Shown: positions 1 through 8,673 of the stretch, piece after piece
How positions within the stretch are numbered: position 1 is the stretch's first letter
Layout of the letters: every line of letters starts with the position of its first letter
NCBI GenBank assembly: GCA_944390885.1
Contig: CALXRP010000003.1
Coordinates: 35,004-99,003, forward strand
Source of the DNA: an uncultured Alphaproteobacteria bacterium
GTDB lineage: Bacteria; Pseudomonadota; Alphaproteobacteria; RF32; CAG-239
DNA: 64,000 nucleotides
Direction: 5' to 3'
Position numbers and translations under genes: made by a program
Notes under the pieces: model-generated
What the model saw: only the letters and a program-made list of their open reading frames with translations
Told to the model about the DNA's origin: nothing
Databases searched by the model: none

Positions 1-1714
1 TTCCTTTAAATCTCTTCTTGTCTTCGCGGGCAAAACGGTAAGTCGCACTTTCGGCCGGTGTGGCTTCCAGATTATACATATGCCCTGTTTCTTCCTGAAT
101 TTTTACCATTCTGTCGCGGATATGATTCAGGAATCTTTCGGCAAAATCTTGGCCCCATTCATCTGCAACATTGTGCTCGTCATTGGTAAAGTTGCGGATC
201 ATCTCGTTAATACCGTTAACGCCGAAAGTCGAGAAGTGGTTGCGCAAAGTGCCGAGATAACGTTTGGTATATGGGAACAAGCCGTTGTCAATGAGTCTTT
301 GGATAACTTTGCGTTTGATTTCCAGAGAAGTTTTGGCCAGTTCCAGCAACTCGTCAACGCGGTTCAACAAGGCATGTTCGTCACCCTTGTAAAGGTATCC
401 CAAACGGGCACAGTTAATGGTAACAACGCCGATTGAGCCCGTTTGTTCGGCAGAACCAAACAAGCCGTTTCCTTTGGCCAAAAGCTCGCGCAGGTCAAGC
501 TGCAGGCGGCAGCACATTGAGCGAATCTGTCCCGGTTTTAAGACGGAATTGATAAAGTTCTGGAAATAAGGCAGGCCGTATTTGGCTGTCATTTCAAACA
601 AGAGTTCGGTATTTTCATCTTCCCACGGAAAATCAGGAGTCATATTGTAAGTCGGAATCGGGAAGGTGAACGGACGGCCTTTGATATCGCCTTTCATCAT
701 AACCGAAATATATGCTTTGTTAATCATATGCATTTCTTCGGTCAGATCTCCGTAAGTGAAGTCTTGCTCAACACCGGCAATCATCGGATGTTTGTCGCGC
801 AGGTCTTCCGGGCATACCCAGTCGAACGTAAAGTTGGTAAACGGTGTTTGAGAACCCCAGCGGGACGGAACATTCAGGTTATAAATCAGTTCCTGGAAAG
901 ATTGCTCAACCTGCTCATAAGTCAAATGGTCTACGCGGACATACGGTGCAAGATATGTATCGACGGAAGAAAAAGCCTGAGCACCGGCCCATTCGTTTTG
1001 CAAAGTGCCCATAAAGTTAACCATCTGGCCGACTGCAGCAGACAGGTGTTTGGCCGGACCGGCTTCCGCTTTGCCCGGAACGCCGTTAAAGCCTTCATGC
1101 AACAGGTTTTTCAACGACCAACCGGCGCAATAAGCGGCCAACATATCCAAATCGTGAATATGGAAATCGCCGTTACGGTGTGCTTCGCCGACAGCCGCCG
1201 GATAAACATGGCTCAGCCAGTAGTTGGCCGTAACCTTGCCGGAAACGTTCAAAATCAATCCACCGTTAGAGTATCCCTGGTTGGCATTGGCATTAACGCG
1301 CCAGTCCAGTTTTTCCAGATATTCATTGATGGAGCTTTCAACATCGACCATGACTTTTTTATCAGAACGCATACGGTTGCGTTGGTCACGGTATAAAATA
1401 TAAGCTTTGGCCGTTGCAAAATAGTTGGCAGAGATCAGAACCTGCTCGACAATATCCTGAATTTGTTCAATGGAAGGAAGAGACTCCGTAAACTTATGCT
1501 TCATAACCTTTAAGACCTGAGCGGTCAAAAGCCAGCTTTCCTCTTCGCCGAACTCGCCCGTCGTCGTACCGGCCTTGTTAATAGCGTTAAAAATTCTGGT
1601 GTTGTCAAACGGGGCTAAGGTACCATCTCTTTTGGTGACACTGTCAAAAGGGATGTTCTCGGCAATCTTGCTCTGAGAAATTTCGTTATCGTTCACGGAC
1701 ATATCTTCGCTCAT
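1..1714 (-). CDS. nrdD: Anaerobic ribonucleoside-triphosphate reductase (class III RNR), 3' end truncated by window edge
   Basis: Minus-strand translation from ATG at 1712-1714 (RBS GAAGGA) gives MSEDMSVNDNEI... with an N-terminal ATP-cone (VTKRDGTLAPFDNTRI). Blocks align to E. coli NrdD: LAAYCAGWSLKNLLHEGFNG, SQTPFTNFTFDW, KGRPFTFPIPTYNM, IRSMCCRLQLD. The ORF runs off position 1, so the glycyl-radical C-terminus is missing. Plus-strand ORFs 80..436 and 728..1396 are antisense artefacts. Confidence 0.8.
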   Translation of the reverse strand, partial: MSEDMSVNDNEISQSKIAENIPFDSVTKRDGTLAPFDNTRIFNAINKAGTTTGEFGEEESWLLTAQVLKVMKHKFTESLPSIEQIQDIVEQVLISANYFATAKAYILYRDQRNRMRSDKKVMVDVESSINEYLEKLDWRVNANANQGYSNGGLILNVSGKVTANYWLSHVYPAAVGEAHRNGDFHIHDLDMLAAYCAGWSLKNLLHEGFNGVPGKAEAGPAKHLSAAVGQMVNFMGTLQNEWAGAQAFSSVDTYLAPYVRVDHLTYEQVEQSFQELIYNLNVPSRWGSQTPFTNFTFDWVCPEDLRDKHPMIAGVEQDFTYGDLTEEMHMINKAYISVMMKGDIKGRPFTFPIPTYNMTPDFPWEDENTELLFEMTAKYGLPYFQNFINSVLKPGQIRSMCCRLQLDLRELLAKGNGLFGSAEQTGSIGVVTINCARLGYLYKGDEHALLNRVDELLELAKTSLEIKRKVIQRLIDNGLFPYTKRYLGTLRNHFSTFGVNGINEMIRNFTNDEHNVADEWGQDFAERFLNHIRDRMVKIQEETGHMYNLEATPAESATYRFAREDKKRFKG

Positions 1715-2228
1715 TCCTTCGTTATTATTAGTTATAAAAAACAAAATTGTTTGTGTTATCACCTGATAACAAGCATACAATATATAGTATTAACAAAATG
1801 TAAATAAGACTAGATATAGTATGCACAGAAAAATTTTTTATTTCAAAACTCTTAACGCGTATCATCTTGAATATGCTGATATTCTGAGCGAAATATATGA
1901 TGCAAACAAGGGCAAAAAAATTCTTTTTCCGGCTTGACATTGCTATCTTGCTATAATTCCACTAAAAAAAATTTTTTTAATAGTGGATAAAAAGATTAAC
2001 CTTTCTTAACAAAAAAAATATCATTGTTTTTCAACGCCATAGATTCTTGACGTAATCAACATATTTGTACACAAGAGTCACAAAAAAAGCTTAAATTTAC
2101 AAAAACTATTTTCGGTTTCAGAATCTCATTCACAAGATATTGTGCTTTATGCGGATTCGAAATACAGAATCAGGAAAAAGACTCGGTCTTTTGGTAAAAG
2201 AAGCAAAATTTTTGAGAATCGATTGGTG

Positions 2229-2500
2229 TTTTTTCCTTATCTCTAAAATTCACTTTTTATTTATTATTCTTTTTCTTATTTCTTGTTTTTTATAATTTAT
2301 TTTTATTGTTACTTTTTGGGTGCAAAGAAGCTTTTTCTTACTTTTGCTTGACCAAAAGTAAGCAAAAGTCAATCCCAACCTCATTTTCTAAGCTTTCAGC
2401 CCAAAGTTAAAGTCGCTACGCTCCAATGCTCTGTACTTCACTATTACCCCTTTGGGCCAAAAGCTAAGAAATCATTCGGTAATCGGGCTGGTCAACTCCC
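2229..2500. repeat. MITE-like repeat, long copy, upstream of nrdD
   Basis: The ends (tttttccttatctctaaaattcacttttta ... aagaaatcattcggtaatcgggctggtcaactccc) recur almost exactly at 45249-45315. Here they are separated by an approximately 210-bp AT-rich core with a perfect hairpin (cttacttttg cttgac caaaagtaag). A GC hairpin cccctcaggcttgagggg lies at the right flank. Confidence 0.4.
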
Positions 2501-2613
2501 CCGCCCCTCAGGCTTGAGGGGAGAGGGGTTTCACTTTCGGTTTTTGCTCCAAAACCTAAGCTATTCGCAAAGGGCACCCAATCGTGCCGGATGAGGGATT
2601 GTGCATTAAAGTT

Positions 2614-3209
2614 TTGTCATTCTCGGGCTTGAAGTCGATAGTTGGTGAGAACGAGTGCAAATCTCTAGCTTCAGCTTAGATTTGTACGAAGTCTGAACCC
2701 TACGGGACGCAATTGCATTCGGCGTCGCGTGCCGCAGGCACTGGGACTGCCGGATAAAATCGCTGAGCTTGCGAAGTGCCAAGGGGCCCGCGTGCGGGAA
2801 TTTACACCCGAGAATCCACAGGCGACGGCCTGAGCGATCGGTTGTCGGAATTGTGCCCTGAGGATCGCGTTGCTCCATTGCTTTCCGCGGTTAAGATTGT
2901 GCTTTGAAGGGTGGATCCCCGGTATCTTTTTCTTACGTCATTGCCGGACTTGATCCGGCAATCCACGTTAATAAATTAGCTTTATTGTTGACCTGGATCC
3001 CCGGGTCACACCCTCAGGGTGACGCCAAATGGATCCCCGGGTCAAGCCCGGGGATGACATAATAAAAAACGCAGCCCGGGGATGACCTGCACGGCAGGCG
3101 CGCGGCAAGTTGACAGCACTGTACCACAGAGGCCGCGTTGCTATGGCGGGGTCTGTGAATGGCGTTGTGCTTTGAAGGGTGGATTGCCGGGTCGAAGCCC
3201 GGCAATGAC
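2614..3209. repeat. Cluster of GC-rich palindromic composite repeats (locus 1 of 3)
   Basis: Multiple copies of an approximately 29-nt palindrome, GTCATYSCCGGGCTTGACCCGGSRATSAC, are present in both orientations. Conserved modules also recur (ccacaggcgacggcctgagcgatcggttgtcggaattgtgccc; ctgcacggcaggcgcgcggc; ccgcgttgct..ggcgg..tgtgaatgg..ttgtgctttgaagggtggat). Near-identical modules occur at 19525-19855 and 59448-59872. Spurious ORFs 2606..2878, 2968..3234 and 3014..3247 lie inside. Confidence 0.6.
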
Positions 3210-3237
3210 ATAAAGAAAATAAGGCAGGATACAAAAG

Positions 3238-3285
3238 TTACTGCCAAGGATAGTCTTTAGCATCGATGAGTTTTCTTTCTACCAC
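3238..3285 (-). pseudogene. Duplicated 3'-terminal fragment of the 86-aa gene found intact at 59896..60156
   Basis: The minus-strand reading gives VVERKLIDAKDYPWQ-stop. About 41 of 45 nt match the 3' end of the intact gene (…MEIKLIDAKDYPWQ-stop). It sits immediately next to the GC-rich repeat cluster, as the intact gene does at locus 3. Confidence 0.5.
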
Positions 3286-3346
3286 CTAGACTATTTTCCT
3301 TAAAAATCAGCATAGAAAAAAGCACTCCGGAGAGTGCTTTTTTTGT

Positions 3347-5245
3347 TTAGTACCGCGGGCGGGTTTCTATTTCTTTGCCGATTTCACCGTTTGCAATGTA
3401 GTCATCAACACAATTTGCTCCGCGGCAGCGTTTCAGCACCGTGGCATTCCGGCCTTTGGTCAACCCTCTGACCTGCATTGACGGCACGTAGACTTCATCG
3501 ACAATAATCTTAAACGTAATGTAATTAACATTGCCGTACTCATCTATAATATAGACCTTCACATGATAGGTTCCGCCGTCTTTCGGCATCGGCGTTCCGT
3601 AGAACGTCATTGTTTTTTCATCGAAGGTCAGCCAATCCGGCAGCGGGCTGTCATCTATCAATCCGGCTTTAAATGTCAGGTTGCCGCGAGCATTGAGATC
3701 TTTCAGAGCATCTTCCGGAATGGTATAGAGATAATCCTGTCCGGTTTCCAGTTTTTGATCAGGAATGTCTTCCGTTGACAAATTAACCGGCGGACGTTTG
3801 GACGGCACATTCAACAGATACGGACGATTATCCGGCAGAAAATCGCCATCACGCCATTTTTCCAGCGTTGTATGCAGATAAACGGCAATTTTAGACGGTT
3901 TTTCACCCAACATATAATAAGGTAGTGCGTCAAGCCCCAGCGCAGCATAAAGGTTTCCGAGCGAGGCCTGTAGTTCGATATAGGCCTTAGAAGCTTTGAC
4001 CTCATCAGCAATGGCACGCGCGGCCTCCAACAAAGATTTCGAATCGCGGCTGCCCAGTTTTACCGTAATGTCTTCGGCAATGTCTTCCGATACGTTGGCG
4101 ATTTCAATATTAATCTGATAATCTTCCAGCGCCGACATATAAGCAGCCCAGCCGACATACAGCTGGCTTAAGACCAGGTTGGTCATCCGCTGGCGGCGCA
4201 AGGCTTCCAGCTCGCCTTCCCGCGGGTTTCTGACATCTTCAAAAACATGATAGCCGATTTCCTGAGCTTTGCGGCTCCAGACTTTGTTGTAATAGGAAGG
4301 GTTGCTTTGATAATCATTTTGAGTGGTGGATTTGAACTCCTGAATGGTAAACTCCAGGTTCTCGTCAATATTCACCATATCGCGCATTTTGAGTTCCGGG
4401 CGGTTGGTCAGAGCCAGCCATTCCATATCGGCCAGCGGCGTGCGAATATCCGGCAGGGCAAAATTGCCGTACAACTTGCCGACCAGTTTGTATTCCGTTG
4501 CCGGATGAAAACCCATTAAAGCGGCCAGTTTGGTCTCGGCCGTTTCCATTCCGCGTTTTAACTCGGACAAGTTTTTAACGGCTTCCATATATTCGCGCTT
4601 TAACACCAATTTATCTGTCGGCAGATACTGATTTAATTTTGCAAGGTCTTTGGCCTGAGCATTCAGCTCGTCAACCTCCAGCGTTAAGACCTCTATCATA
4701 TCATCAATCACCGGCAGCAGGCGCTGTGCCGTCAGAGCCTGCCAATAAAGCACGCGGGTTTCCTGCAGCAGGTTGTGAATAACTTTGCGGCTCTGCTCAA
4801 AAGCCAGATTTTTGCGGTATTCCTGATCGACGGTCTGATAATAAACCGTACTCATATCCAAAAGGTTCCAGGCCAGCCGGAGCTCGGAATTGGCATCGGA
4901 CAGAGAATCGGGGCTCAGGTATCCGGCCTGCCCCATAATCTCGGGGATTTGGTTGACCGGCGACTTTCCGGCCTTTATCAAACTTTCTTCATAACTGACA
5001 ACGCGGCGGGTAAAGTTATATTTCAAGGCCAGCGCCATTGTCATATACATATCTATCGGCTTTGAGATTTTGCGCGGCTGGTTTAAGTACATATTCTGCA
5101 TATCCACGTCGGCGCGGATTGCGCTGTCCCAATCGGAATAAGTCGCCGATGATACGGTTGTTTCACTAACGGAATATTCTTCGCGCGGGCCGCAAGAAAC
5201 AACAAAAAACATGCCAAAAACCAAACATGCCAATATTTTTTTCAT
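3347..5245 (-). CDS. TolC/NodT-family outer-membrane lipoprotein with C-terminal Ig-like (cadherin-like) domain
   Basis: Signal peptide with lipobox (FFVVSCG). Long coiled-coil-rich body with the two-repeat organisation typical of outer membrane efflux proteins. C-terminal approximately 90 aa (LPDWLTFDEKTMTFYGTPMPKDGGTYHVKVYIIDEYGNVN) resembles putative-Ig/dystroglycan-type domains. Terminator-like hairpin just downstream (about 3320-3345). Confidence 0.5.
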   Translation of the reverse strand: MKKILACLVFGMFFVVSCGPREEYSVSETTVSSATYSDWDSAIRADVDMQNMYLNQPRKISKPIDMYMTMALALKYNFTRRVVSYEESLIKAGKSPVNQIPEIMGQAGYLSPDSLSDANSELRLAWNLLDMSTVYYQTVDQEYRKNLAFEQSRKVIHNLLQETRVLYWQALTAQRLLPVIDDMIEVLTLEVDELNAQAKDLAKLNQYLPTDKLVLKREYMEAVKNLSELKRGMETAETKLAALMGFHPATEYKLVGKLYGNFALPDIRTPLADMEWLALTNRPELKMRDMVNIDENLEFTIQEFKSTTQNDYQSNPSYYNKVWSRKAQEIGYHVFEDVRNPREGELEALRRQRMTNLVLSQLYVGWAAYMSALEDYQINIEIANVSEDIAEDITVKLGSRDSKSLLEAARAIADEVKASKAYIELQASLGNLYAALGLDALPYYMLGEKPSKIAVYLHTTLEKWRDGDFLPDNRPYLLNVPSKRPPVNLSTEDIPDQKLETGQDYLYTIPEDALKDLNARGNLTFKAGLIDDSPLPDWLTFDEKTMTFYGTPMPKDGGTYHVKVYIIDEYGNVNYITFKIIVDEVYVPSMQVRGLTKGRNATVLKRCRGANCVDDYIANGEIGKEIETRPRY

Positions 5246-5386
5246 AATTTAAACCCTTTATAAAGATATGTACGGGTATAAATTATATCAATATTTCGGA
5301 GATTAACAGTATTTATTTGCTTTTATTCAACTCTGATGTATAAAATATTTGCATATTCTTGCGGCGCGAAAAGGTTTTGACAACTT

Positions 5387-6166
5387 ATGCTTGACATTTT
5401 TTATACCGTTTTTAAGTTCAAAGAAAAGGAAAGCCCTGACAAACTCGGGCTTTATCCCGAGCGCGCCCATACGCAGGCCATGCCGGAAAGACGGTATCTC
5501 TGGAGTTCCCGCATTTTGGTTATTTTAGCAGTAATCAGCATGAGCATAACAATGATGCTGGCGCTCACAATTTATCTGATGCTGCCGCAAAAAACCGTTT
5601 ATCCCCGTCTGTTGCAGATTAACAAATATTTTTCTCAGCTGGAGCTTGTGCAACCGGCCGAGCGCAGGATTTTGGTGACGGATCTGATTGCCGAGCAGCA
5701 TATTTCCGAATATATTACACTGCGCAATTCCATTACGTCTGATTATGATCAGCTGCTTTCCCGCTGGGGCGAAAGGCAGACGATATACTGGTATTCAGAA
5801 GCCAACGTATACAGCCGCTTTTACAATACCGACGTGAAATACAACCTGATACAATTTAAGAAAAACGCCCTGCAGCGCTATGTTAAAGTCGAATGGGTGC
5901 GGCCGTTGACGCTCGGCTTGTGGCAGGTGCAGTTTTTGACAATGGATATGACGCCGGATTCTGACAAGATTGATACCAAAATCTGGCGGGCAACACTGCG
6001 TATTACTTATATGAATCTGCCATTTAAGACCAAAGATGATGCAATGAAAAACCCGTTTGGATTTGTGGTAACCAATTATTCGCTCGGTTATGTCGGAACC
6101 CCGGAAACATCGCAACACTATCTGCAACGGGCAAGAGAACTGGCCGAAAGCGGACAAGGGGCATAA
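5387..6166 (+). CDS. VirB8-like bitopic inner-membrane protein (type IV secretion VirB8/DotI family candidate)
   Basis: About 45-aa cytoplasmic N-terminus, a single TM helix (ILVILAVISMSITMMLALTIYLML) and a periplasmic domain with a C-proximal NPFG motif (DDAMKNPFGFVVTNYSL) like the conserved NPxG of VirB8 homologues. The size of 259 aa is typical. Rho-independent terminator after it (ggggcataaaacagcccctttt). Confidence 0.4.
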   Translation: MLDIFYTVFKFKEKESPDKLGLYPERAHTQAMPERRYLWSSRILVILAVISMSITMMLALTIYLMLPQKTVYPRLLQINKYFSQLELVQPAERRILVTDLIAEQHISEYITLRNSITSDYDQLLSRWGERQTIYWYSEANVYSRFYNTDVKYNLIQFKKNALQRYVKVEWVRPLTLGLWQVQFLTMDMTPDSDKIDTKIWRATLRITYMNLPFKTKDDAMKNPFGFVVTNYSLGYVGTPETSQHYLQRARELAESGQGA

Positions 6167-6348
6167 AACAGCCCCTTTTGTTTTGGCGATTTCGCATAAA
6201 ATTACAACACCTGATGAAATTTACCCGGCAAGAAAGCATTGCTGATTTTTGTTAAAAAACTTTCCTCCTGTCTTGACTTTTGGAATATTATTCTTTATTT
6301 GAATGCATAAGGAATTTAATTTAACCGTTTTACGGAGAGAAGAATTCC

Positions 6349-7236
6349 TTGTTATGCATTAACTTAATAAAGGAGCGGAAAATGTTTGATAATCACAATT
6401 CCAATAACGGACAGCGGCCGACGCGCTGTAAATTCGGGTTAAAGTTTACGCCAAAGCCCGTAAATCCCGAACTTTCGGTTCAAGAGAACATAATGAATTT
6501 TATTAACGACTACCGCCAATGGGAAAAAGAAAATCAGCAACCGGATTATTCTCATCTGTCTACCAGAGAGGCGGTAAAGCAGATAGTTGATGATTTTCGC
6601 ACTCAGGAGCGGGAGGAAGAAGAGCAGAAGGCCAGACAGGCACAAATGCAGACGCCGTATGGTTCGGGGCAAACATCTTATGCGCCGGCGCAAAGCTCTT
6701 ACGGGACGCAACAGAATGCGAATATGTCATCGCAAGGAGCTTTCACTCCATCCGGTCAGGCAACATACGGTGCGACGGAACCAAACGGCGCGGCACAACA
6801 AGCTACAAGTTTTTGGGAAAGGTTTCGTACTCCTAAATCTTCTGTTTCAAAAGATTGGGGAAAATTGACAGAACAACATTTAAATGCCCATTTTCTTCAC
6901 GATCCCTATTATCCAGGCATAACTAACACCGGGCTAGTTGCTCCATTTAAAGATTTTATCAGAAACAAAACACAAATGGAGCAGGATGGATACATTGGAA
7001 ATGACAAATATTTTCATTGTAAGGGAAATTATCAGGCTGCTAAAAGAGGAGCTTGGGGAAAAGTTGTTGGCAGAACTTTAAGCTTCTTCAGAGAAGCTCC
7101 ATATGGGATTATAAAAGATGGTTTTCAAGCCAGTGCTGACGATTGGTATGCCAATCGCCAAGGTTGGGAAGGCGCAGCGAAAGGTCTTGACCTTGCTGAC
7201 GCTTGCTCAAGAAATCCTAGAGATTACTATAAATAA
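6349..7236 (+). CDS. Protein with C-terminal serum amyloid A (SAA)-like domain and Q/S/Y/T-rich low-complexity linker
   Basis: C-terminal block [39 protein letters not shown]...[33 protein letters not shown] aligns closely with vertebrate SAA ([23 protein letters not shown]...[20 protein letters not shown]). The central region is a Q/S/T/Y/G-rich linker. No signal peptide. RBS aaaggag 8 nt before the ATG. Confidence 0.65.
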   Translation: [295 protein letters not shown]

Positions 7237-7287
7237 GATTGACATTCAAGATAAAGCTTTTAATATAATCAAAGAAAAGGAGTATTT

Positions 7288-7617
7288 ATGAAAAAATTTT
7301 TATTAAAAGCTTTATCCTTTTTATTTTTTTTACTTGTGTTATCATATATTCTAAATGAAGGATATGATATTTACTCTTATACCCAAATGCCAACCTCGCT
7401 TATTGTACAGTTTACCTTAATTCTATTGTGCTTAATCATGCTGAATTTATTTTATATTATGTTTATAAAAATTACCTCTATTAACATAATCGGATTGGCT
7501 TTGCTCATTGGCGGATACATATTGTTAAGATTTTTTAATCCTGAAATTTCAACAGCTTTAGAATGTCAACAATGCTTGGAAACAACATATAACGCATGCT
7601 CAATATACTGTAAATGA
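7288..7617 (+). CDS. Small hydrophobic membrane protein (3 predicted TM), C-terminal Cys-rich tail
   Basis: Very AT-rich ORF with RBS aaaaggag. A near-consensus promoter lies upstream (ttgaca...tataat at about 7240-7275). Hydrophobic segments are visible. C-terminal CQQC...C...C. Confidence 0.4.
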   Translation: MKKFLLKALSFLFFLLVLSYILNEGYDIYSYTQMPTSLIVQFTLILLCLIMLNLFYIMFIKITSINIIGLALLIGGYILLRFFNPEISTALECQQCLETTYNACSIYCK

Positions 7618-7646
7618 GACAATCTTACTAAAAATTATTATAAAGG

Positions 7647-8210
7647 TTGTTCCTCTGGAGATTATCTTATGGCTGGTCTGATGAGCTTGAAGGTGTTCTC
7701 GGCGGGGTTGGATATGCCGTCGGCAGTCTTGTCCCCAGTTGGAATAAAAATAACGAAAGTATGTCTGAAGCATTTAAGCGGGGATATATAACCCACAGAG
7801 ATGAGGAAAGGCAAAAACTCGAACAAGCACGCCAAAATGCACCTGTTCTGACAGCTGTAGGTGAAATTGCCGGCGGAGCAGTCTCTCCATTTTCTAAATT
7901 GGTGCCAATGTCCGGCTCACCGTACATTAATACAACAAAAAAAATACCATTGAAAAATGTAGTAAAAGCAGGTACTATTTACGGAAGCGGAACCGCCGAA
8001 CACGAAAATACTGTTGACGAAACATTAGGAAACTATGCCGAGAATATTGGCAGTAGCATCGCTGCAAATAGAATTGCCAATCGCTTAGGTGAGAAAATTT
8101 TTGGCCGAGCTGCTTTTCCAATGACAAGAAATTTTGTTGAACAGGGCATCGGAACAGTTACTGAGAAAATCTATAATAACTTATACAAAAATAGGTATAA
8201 TAGCAAATAG
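7647..8210 (+). CDS. Hypothetical protein (TTG start in ORF track; first ATG gives about 150 aa starting MSEAFKRGY)
   Basis: Open frame with a Gly/Ala/Ser-rich middle. No recognisable domain. Start codon uncertain. Confidence 0.3.
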   Translation: MFLWRLSYGWSDELEGVLGGVGYAVGSLVPSWNKNNESMSEAFKRGYITHRDEERQKLEQARQNAPVLTAVGEIAGGAVSPFSKLVPMSGSPYINTTKKIPLKNVVKAGTIYGSGTAEHENTVDETLGNYAENIGSSIAANRIANRLGEKIFGRAAFPMTRNFVEQGIGTVTEKIYNNLYKNRYNSK

Positions 8211-8212
8211 TT

Positions 8213-8548
8213 ATGAAAGCGAAGGGGGGAATGGACAACAAAAGTACAATATTAACTAACAAAATAAAGGATGTAATAATTCTTATTCTAACATTGATAT
8301 ATTTTGTATTGACATGCCTTGTTATAATATTAAATGTTGTCGCCCCTCTCACTTTTTCTCTGATTATTTTTGATGTTTTATGGGCAACATATATTGTCAT
8401 TGAATATAATCTTTTTAATTTTCCTCGTGATCCAAGAAATGATACTTATCTTTTTTATATAGATATGATTTTGTTTTTTCTGTCTCTTATTATTTGTGCT
8501 CAGCATTGGGAGACTGTTAAGCTAATCTTACAGCGTTATTGGGGATAA
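8213..8548 (+). CDS. Small polytopic membrane protein, hypothetical
   Basis: Starts 3 nt after the previous ORF's stop (adjacent, possibly co-transcribed). Three hydrophobic helices. Extremely AT-rich. Confidence 0.35.
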   Translation: MKAKGGMDNKSTILTNKIKDVIILILTLIYFVLTCLVIILNVVAPLTFSLIIFDVLWATYIVIEYNLFNFPRDPRNDTYLFYIDMILFFLSLIICAQHWETVKLILQRYWG

Positions 8549-8673
8549 GGAAAATAATACAACCTCTTAAATACCCTAAAAAATGTTGGTGAAACAAGGC
8601 AACTAAAAGGCAAGATTTTTCTTGCCTTTTAGCTTATAGCAATGTACCCTTTCTAAGGAAGAAAGGCAAAGCA

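Noticed and set aside
80-1396. Plus-strand ORFs 80..436 and 728..1396
   Set aside because: Antisense to a continuous, well-conserved nrdD reading frame on the minus strand, and no homology.
2614-3209. CRISPR array interpretation of the GC-rich repeat clusters
   Set aside because: Repeats are not identical direct repeats with uniform unique spacers. Units occur in both orientations, spacing is irregular, and the same spacer-like modules recur at all three loci. No cas genes are present.
2606-3247. ORFs 2606..2878, 2968..3234 and 3014..3247 as protein-coding genes
   Set aside because: They lie entirely within GC-rich palindromic repeats. The translations are low-complexity (PG/R-rich) and overlap one another, which is typical of a repeat artefact.
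6170-6348. Imperfect inverted repeat (tgcataaggaattt...gaattccttgttatgca) upstream of the SAA-like gene as a defined operator
   Set aside because: It is imperfect and unique in the window. It could be chance in AT-rich DNA and is noted only as a possible regulatory site.
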